A stretch of 24,000 nt of DNA, from NCBI RefSeq assembly GCF_016890225.1, contig NZ_JAFELM010000021.1:30933-54932 (forward strand), in the 5' to 3' direction. Below the pieces are notes generated by a model. The model saw nothing but the letters and a program-made list of their open reading frames with translations, made no database searches and had not been told where the DNA came from. Within the stretch, counting starts at the first letter, position 1. Every line of letters starts with the position of its first letter. This DNA comes from Bacillus suaedaesalsae (GTDB lineage: Bacteria; Bacillota; Bacilli; Bacillales; SA4). Shown here piece by piece: positions 22,822 to 24,000 of the stretch. A program made the position numbers and the translations under genes.

Positions 22822-24000
22822 ATGACAAGTACATGGGTTAAGAATTCATGTTTGGATTATATGAAAGAGAAAAACAAGATTATTTATTATGCAAAACAGT
22901 TTGATATGGATCCTCTTATGATGAAAATAATCTTCGACCGAGGGCATAAAGACTGGTACCAAATTAACAAATTTTTAAATGCTGAGCCTAGTGACCTAAT
23001 AGGACCATTCTATTTAAATGACATGAAAAAAGCGATTGAAAGAATTAATCTTGCCCTTCAAAAGGAAGAAAAGATGATGATATTTGGGGACTATGATACG
23101 GATGGGATAACATCTACTTCTCTTTTATATAAAGCTCTTAGGCTTTTAAAAGGAAGTGTTGATTATTATATTCCTAAAAGGGTAGATGGATATGGTTTGT
23201 CAGTAGCGGCAGTTGAGAAATTTTTTGAGAAGGATATTTCATTAATAATCACAGTTGATAATGGATCATCAGCTCATGAAGCCATTAAACGAGCGAAAGA
23301 GTTGGGGATGGAGGTCATTGTTACTGATCATCATGAAATTTTAAGAGGGAATCCCATTTGTTCAGCTTTTGTCAATCCAAAACAGAGTGGCGAAAGATTT
23401 CCTTTTTCATATCTAGCAGGTGCAGGAGTTGCTTTTAAATTGGTTCATGCGCTTTTACTTGAAAGAGGGATGTGGGAAAAGAAATGTTGGGATTTTGTTG
23501 AACTTGCAGCAATTGGAACAATAGGCGATGTCATGCCTCTTCAAGATGAAAACAGAAGGATAGTACAACTTGGATTGGAGAAGATGAACAGGGCACCTTC
23601 TCCAGCGTTAAGAGTCTTATTCAAGCTATTAAGGAAAGAGGAAATCACATCAACAAATATAGCATTTTCAGTTGTACCCATTATTAACGCGGTCGGAAGA
23701 TTAAGTGATCCCAATTTTATGGTAAGAGTGTTTACAGGTGAAGGTAAGGACGAACAGATTGAGGAATGTTGGAAGAAGCTAATTCGTCTAAATAATATGA
23801 GAAAAGATTTACTTCACCAACAAGTCATGCAAGCAGAATTGTTAATTCAATTGAATGCGTTGGATAAGCAGGAAGTCATTGTAGTTGCTGGAGACTTTCA
23901 TGAAGGTTTAATAGGATTAATTGCTTCAAGAATCACTGACAAATATAAAAAACCAAGTATTGTGTTTAACTCTCGTGGAAAAGGTTCGGCAAGAAGTGTA
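22822..24000 (+). CDS. RecJ-like DHH/DHHA1 single-strand-specific exonuclease paralogue (C-terminus beyond the window). Not in the supplied ORF track.
   Basis: My translation from the ATG at 22822 is open to nt 24000 (393 codons). RecJ motifs in order: IFGDYDTDGITS, YIPKRVDGYG, ITVDNG, VTDHHE, LAGAGVAFKL, LAAIGTIGDVMPL, NAVGRL and GSARSV. The start is uncertain (the SD AAAGGGG lies 11 nt upstream). Confidence 0.8.
   Translation, partial: MTSTWVKNSCLDYMKEKNKIIYYAKQFDMDPLMMKIIFDRGHKDWYQINKFLNAEPSDLIGPFYLNDMKKAIERINLALQKEEKMMIFGDYDTDGITSTSLLYKALRLLKGSVDYYIPKRVDGYGLSVAAVEKFFEKDISLIITVDNGSSAHEAIKRAKELGMEVIVTDHHEILRGNPICSAFVNPKQSGERFPFSYLAGAGVAFKLVHALLLERGMWEKKCWDFVELAAIGTIGDVMPLQDENRRIVQLGLEKMNRAPSPALRVLFKLLRKEEITSTNIAFSVVPIINAVGRLSDPNFMVRVFTGEGKDEQIEECWKKLIRLNNMRKDLLHQQVMQAELLIQLNALDKQEVIVVAGDFHEGLIGLIASRITDKYKKPSIVFNSRGKGSARSV

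Larger units (their letters stand above)
11222..24000. mobile_element. AT-rich accessory island or integrated element interrupting comGA. Right end and any recombinase lie outside the window.
   Basis: Abrupt loss of comGA homology, a visibly lower GC than the core, exclusively accessory or orphan genes, gene fragments, an XRE repressor and a RecJ paralogue. No integrase is visible in the window. Confidence 0.5.

Noticed and set aside
11222-24000. Calling the island an SPbeta-like prophage, or assigning a specific element family
   Set aside because: The only link is a RecJ-like gene reminiscent of SPbeta yorK. There are no structural, lysis, recombinase or arbitrium genes in the window, so a family assignment would be a guess.
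1-24000. CRISPR arrays, rRNA genes, IS elements with terminal inverted repeats
   Set aside because: I saw no regularly spaced repeat-spacer pattern, no rRNA-like conserved blocks and no transposase-like ORF when reading both strands.

Overview
Low-GC Firmicutes (Bacillaceae-like) chromosome in two parts. (1) Positions 1 to ~11.2 kb are conserved core. Gene order matches the B. subtilis yqgS-yqgT-yqgU-yqgV-yqgW-yqgX-yqgY-mgsR(yqgZ) neighbourhood: an LtaS-family enzyme, a LysM/M14 cell-wall peptidase, a lipoprotein, a UPF0045 protein, small membrane proteins, an MBL hydrolase, a SAM methyltransferase, an Spx-paralogue and a tRNA-Gln, leading into comGA. (2) comGA keeps all its ATPase motifs but loses homology near nt 11221, reads 8 unrelated codons and stops at 267 aa. 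From there to the window end (>=12.8 kb) lies visibly more AT-rich accessory DNA with no housekeeping genes. It encodes: a solitary Swt1-like HEPN protein; a deaminase-fold toxin-like protein with a tightly linked immunity-like partner; a small acidic protein followed by a translationally coupled pair (NdpA/YejK-like nucleoid-associated-protein homologue plus a 550-aa coiled-coil/3-TM protein with a low-complexity tail); a small P-loop NTPase; three exported small proteins; an HTH protein whose stop overlaps a 63-aa hydrophobic peptide gene; sigma-factor fragments; an XRE repressor; and a divergent RecJ-like DHH nuclease that runs off the window. I found no integrase, phage structural genes, CRISPR array or rRNA in the window. 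The best candidate for an undescribed system is the 13.3-16.4 kb operon (NdpA-like plus membrane partner). The second is the standalone deaminase/immunity-like pair at 12.1-13.1 kb. All family assignments come from motifs read by eye and remembered family patterns. None has been checked by a search.
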